64,000 nucleotides of DNA from Blastocystis sp. Blastoise (Eukaryota; Protista; Bigyra: Opalinata): the NCBI GenBank assembly GCA_039096225.1, contig JBBPEB010000013.1, positions 1,922,001 to 1,986,000 of the forward strand, in the 5' to 3' direction. The notes under the pieces are model-generated. The model ran no database searches. It saw nothing but the letters and a program-made list of their open reading frames with translations, and was not told the origin of the DNA. The position numbers and the translations under genes are program-made. Shown piece after piece: positions 61,637-64,000 of the stretch (positions are counted from its first letter, which is position 1; every line of letters begins with the position of its first letter).

Positions 61637-62411
61637 ACCATTCTTATTAGTAACTGTTTTTTTAAATCATTTATAGTATTTATTTTGTGCATATACTTTT
61701 TTTTTTAATTTTTTTTTATTTTCTTCTTTTAGTTTTCTTTTTGTATTTTTTTAAATCTTTTGTTAGTTATTTATATACAATAGAATTACTGGTATTATGT
61801 GTTATATATATTGGTTTGCTTTACTTTTATTTTCGAAAAATTTGTTTTTTTTTCTTTAAAGAGAAGAATAGGTTTTTATAAATAATACAGCATCTTACTA
61901 CAGTTTCATTTAATTAGAATATGCAATATTCTTAAAATAAAGAATTGAAATCATAACAAAATAATCAAAATTGTCTTGTAAACTACTAGTTCATTATATT
62001 GTTTAATAAATACAGCGTATATATATATAGAATTTAAATACAGTAATACCCTATCTCGAATAATTCTAGCGAATTTATCACAAAAAATGGGATGAAAAAT
62101 ATAATCTAGCCTTTTGATGACATGAGATGTGTCAAGTATGTATCCAACGAAAGTATTAATTAATAGATACTTCGTTTTTGATTGGTCTCAATGAACTGAA
62201 CACAAAAAAATATATCCAATAATCACTTAGAAAATGTTTGTGTTGAATCGCGGTTTTTATCGACCAAAGTAGGGAAAAATTATCATTTCTTTTACGAATG
62301 GAGAACAAATACCTCATTGCAGAAATAATTTTCCTTTTTTGTATAATAAGGATAGTTATATTAGTTTTATGCTATTGAATCTTTGCTGACAGTCGCTAAG
62401 GTTGATAAGGA

Positions 62412-63121
62412 ATGAACAAAATCCCAAGAACTTCCTACAATGAAAAGTCGGAGCCAATCAATTGGCCTTTGATTCTTTGTTTTGCTTTGATTCTCGGAGA
62501 TATATGTTTTGTCATTGGCTTTGTGATTTTATTTTCAGAAAATAAGAGAATTCAAACAATGAATTTGTATGTTTTATATTCATAAAGTTGTCCAGAACGA
62601 TTCACTTTCTTCATTTTCAATTATAATATATGTATCAATACTTTATTTTAATGTTATTACTATGATAGGTACAATGAACGAGTAGATAATTGGAATTATC
62701 ACAGTCGTCAATTGTTTAGGAATGCAGTTATTGAAGCCAGAATCAATGGCAATTCGTTTCAAGTAGATTCGTATAATGATTCCTTTGGTGATTATTATCC
62801 TCAACGTGATTCTTGTAATTATGTTGGTGATCCTGGTTGTTTGAGTTCCTTACCTTTATATTATTTAACTAAATATTCAATTCAGAATAAATCAAGTTTT
62901 ATACTCAATATTTATACCAAACAAGGTACGATCATGAATACTAATATCACTACATATGAACATTTTCATCGAACAAAAAGAGATATAGGATGCGAAGGAG
63001 CCAGTGTGTATATATATAGTTATATTAATGGATAATTATTATTATAGTTATATAATTATTATTGTTTTTTTTTTATCTTTTTTGACTATTATTTTGTTTT
63101 ATTATAGTATTATAATTTTTA

Positions 63122-63167
<46 letters not shown>

Positions 63168-64000
63168 GACATGTATAAGTAAATGTAAAGAGAACAAGGG
63201 GGAATGGAATGATAATATTAGCCGTTGTTCTATAACAACATACTTACAGAAATTATGCTATAGAATAGGATATAGTAAGGCAACTAGCTCTTTCAAACTA
63301 GATCTACCACCGTATATTTATTGCTTATTATGTTTATTATGTTTATTATGTTTATTATTATTTTTTATAAACTATTTTTATATATTTAAAGAATTATTAT
63401 ATTTTTTATATACTACATTCTATATATATATATATAATGTTATGTATATATATAGAGTATATGCATTGAATGGAGAGACAGAAGGAGAGGGATGTGAATA
63501 TAATACGAAAGGATCATGGAGTAGTAAATATTTCGATACATTTTATCAACCTACTATTAATATTACTGTATATATATATATAAAGATTCATTTATTATGT
63601 TTATTCTTACTCACAATTCTATTTATCTATATATATATATATATAGTTCCGTTATTATGAAGATCCCTTCGTAGTCGCATCTGCTTTAACAACGGGCTGC
63701 TCTTCAAATACAGAGAATATTCACGGTTATTTATGTTTTGGAAAAACAAAAGAACAACAAGATTTATATGCATATATATGCTTAGTTATAGGAAGTCTAG
63801 CAGTATTCACAGAACTCATTTGTTTCTTTCTTGTTTTCTGTATTTATAACAACGTTAAAGATAAACCATCATTTTTACAATTATTCACACTTTCTCGTTT
63901 ACTCCCATGTATATATATATACATATACTTGTTTTATTATATATATATAATTGTTTTTACATTATATATTTTCATTACATTATATATTACCCTTTTTCTA
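62412..64000 (+). CDS. Uncharacterised membrane protein (N-terminal TM, Cys-rich luminal region, C-terminal TM), 3' truncated
   Basis: MNKIPRT...LLILCFALILGDICFVIGFVILF; spliced Cys-rich exons; second hydrophobic stretch near 63770-63850. Confidence 0.65.

Overview
Very AT-rich (roughly 80% by eye), intron-dense DNA from a microbial eukaryote using GT-AG introns and apparently the standard code. The organism cannot be named from this window; an anaerobic gut protist is only a guess. Hand-splicing gives about 14 host genes: a partial LRR-like gene, a bacterial-type Zn alcohol dehydrogenase, an F-box protein, a REEP/Yop1 protein, NCBP1/CBP80, NDUFA13, an ELO elongase, a TAZ-CW-ARID chromatin protein, a giant Asn/Ser-rich protein, a MULE-transposase/Ulp1 fusion, MRPL3, a kaptin-like protein, CDC7 and a partial membrane protein. 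The main highlights are: (1) a 12,931-bp Mutator-like element (43560-56490) with perfect 51-bp TIRs, a 10-bp TSD, a dead transposase, decayed cargo and a nested foldback element; (2) a nearby intact, TIR-less MULE-derived gene that has lost its catalytic Asp residues but keeps a complete Ulp1 His-Asp-Cys triad; (3) a GC-rich TTCCCGY(G/C) motif written repeatedly into exons; (4) introns that are pure GT(AT)nAG. Most ORFs in the supplied track are microsatellite artefacts. All gene models and homology calls were made by eye.
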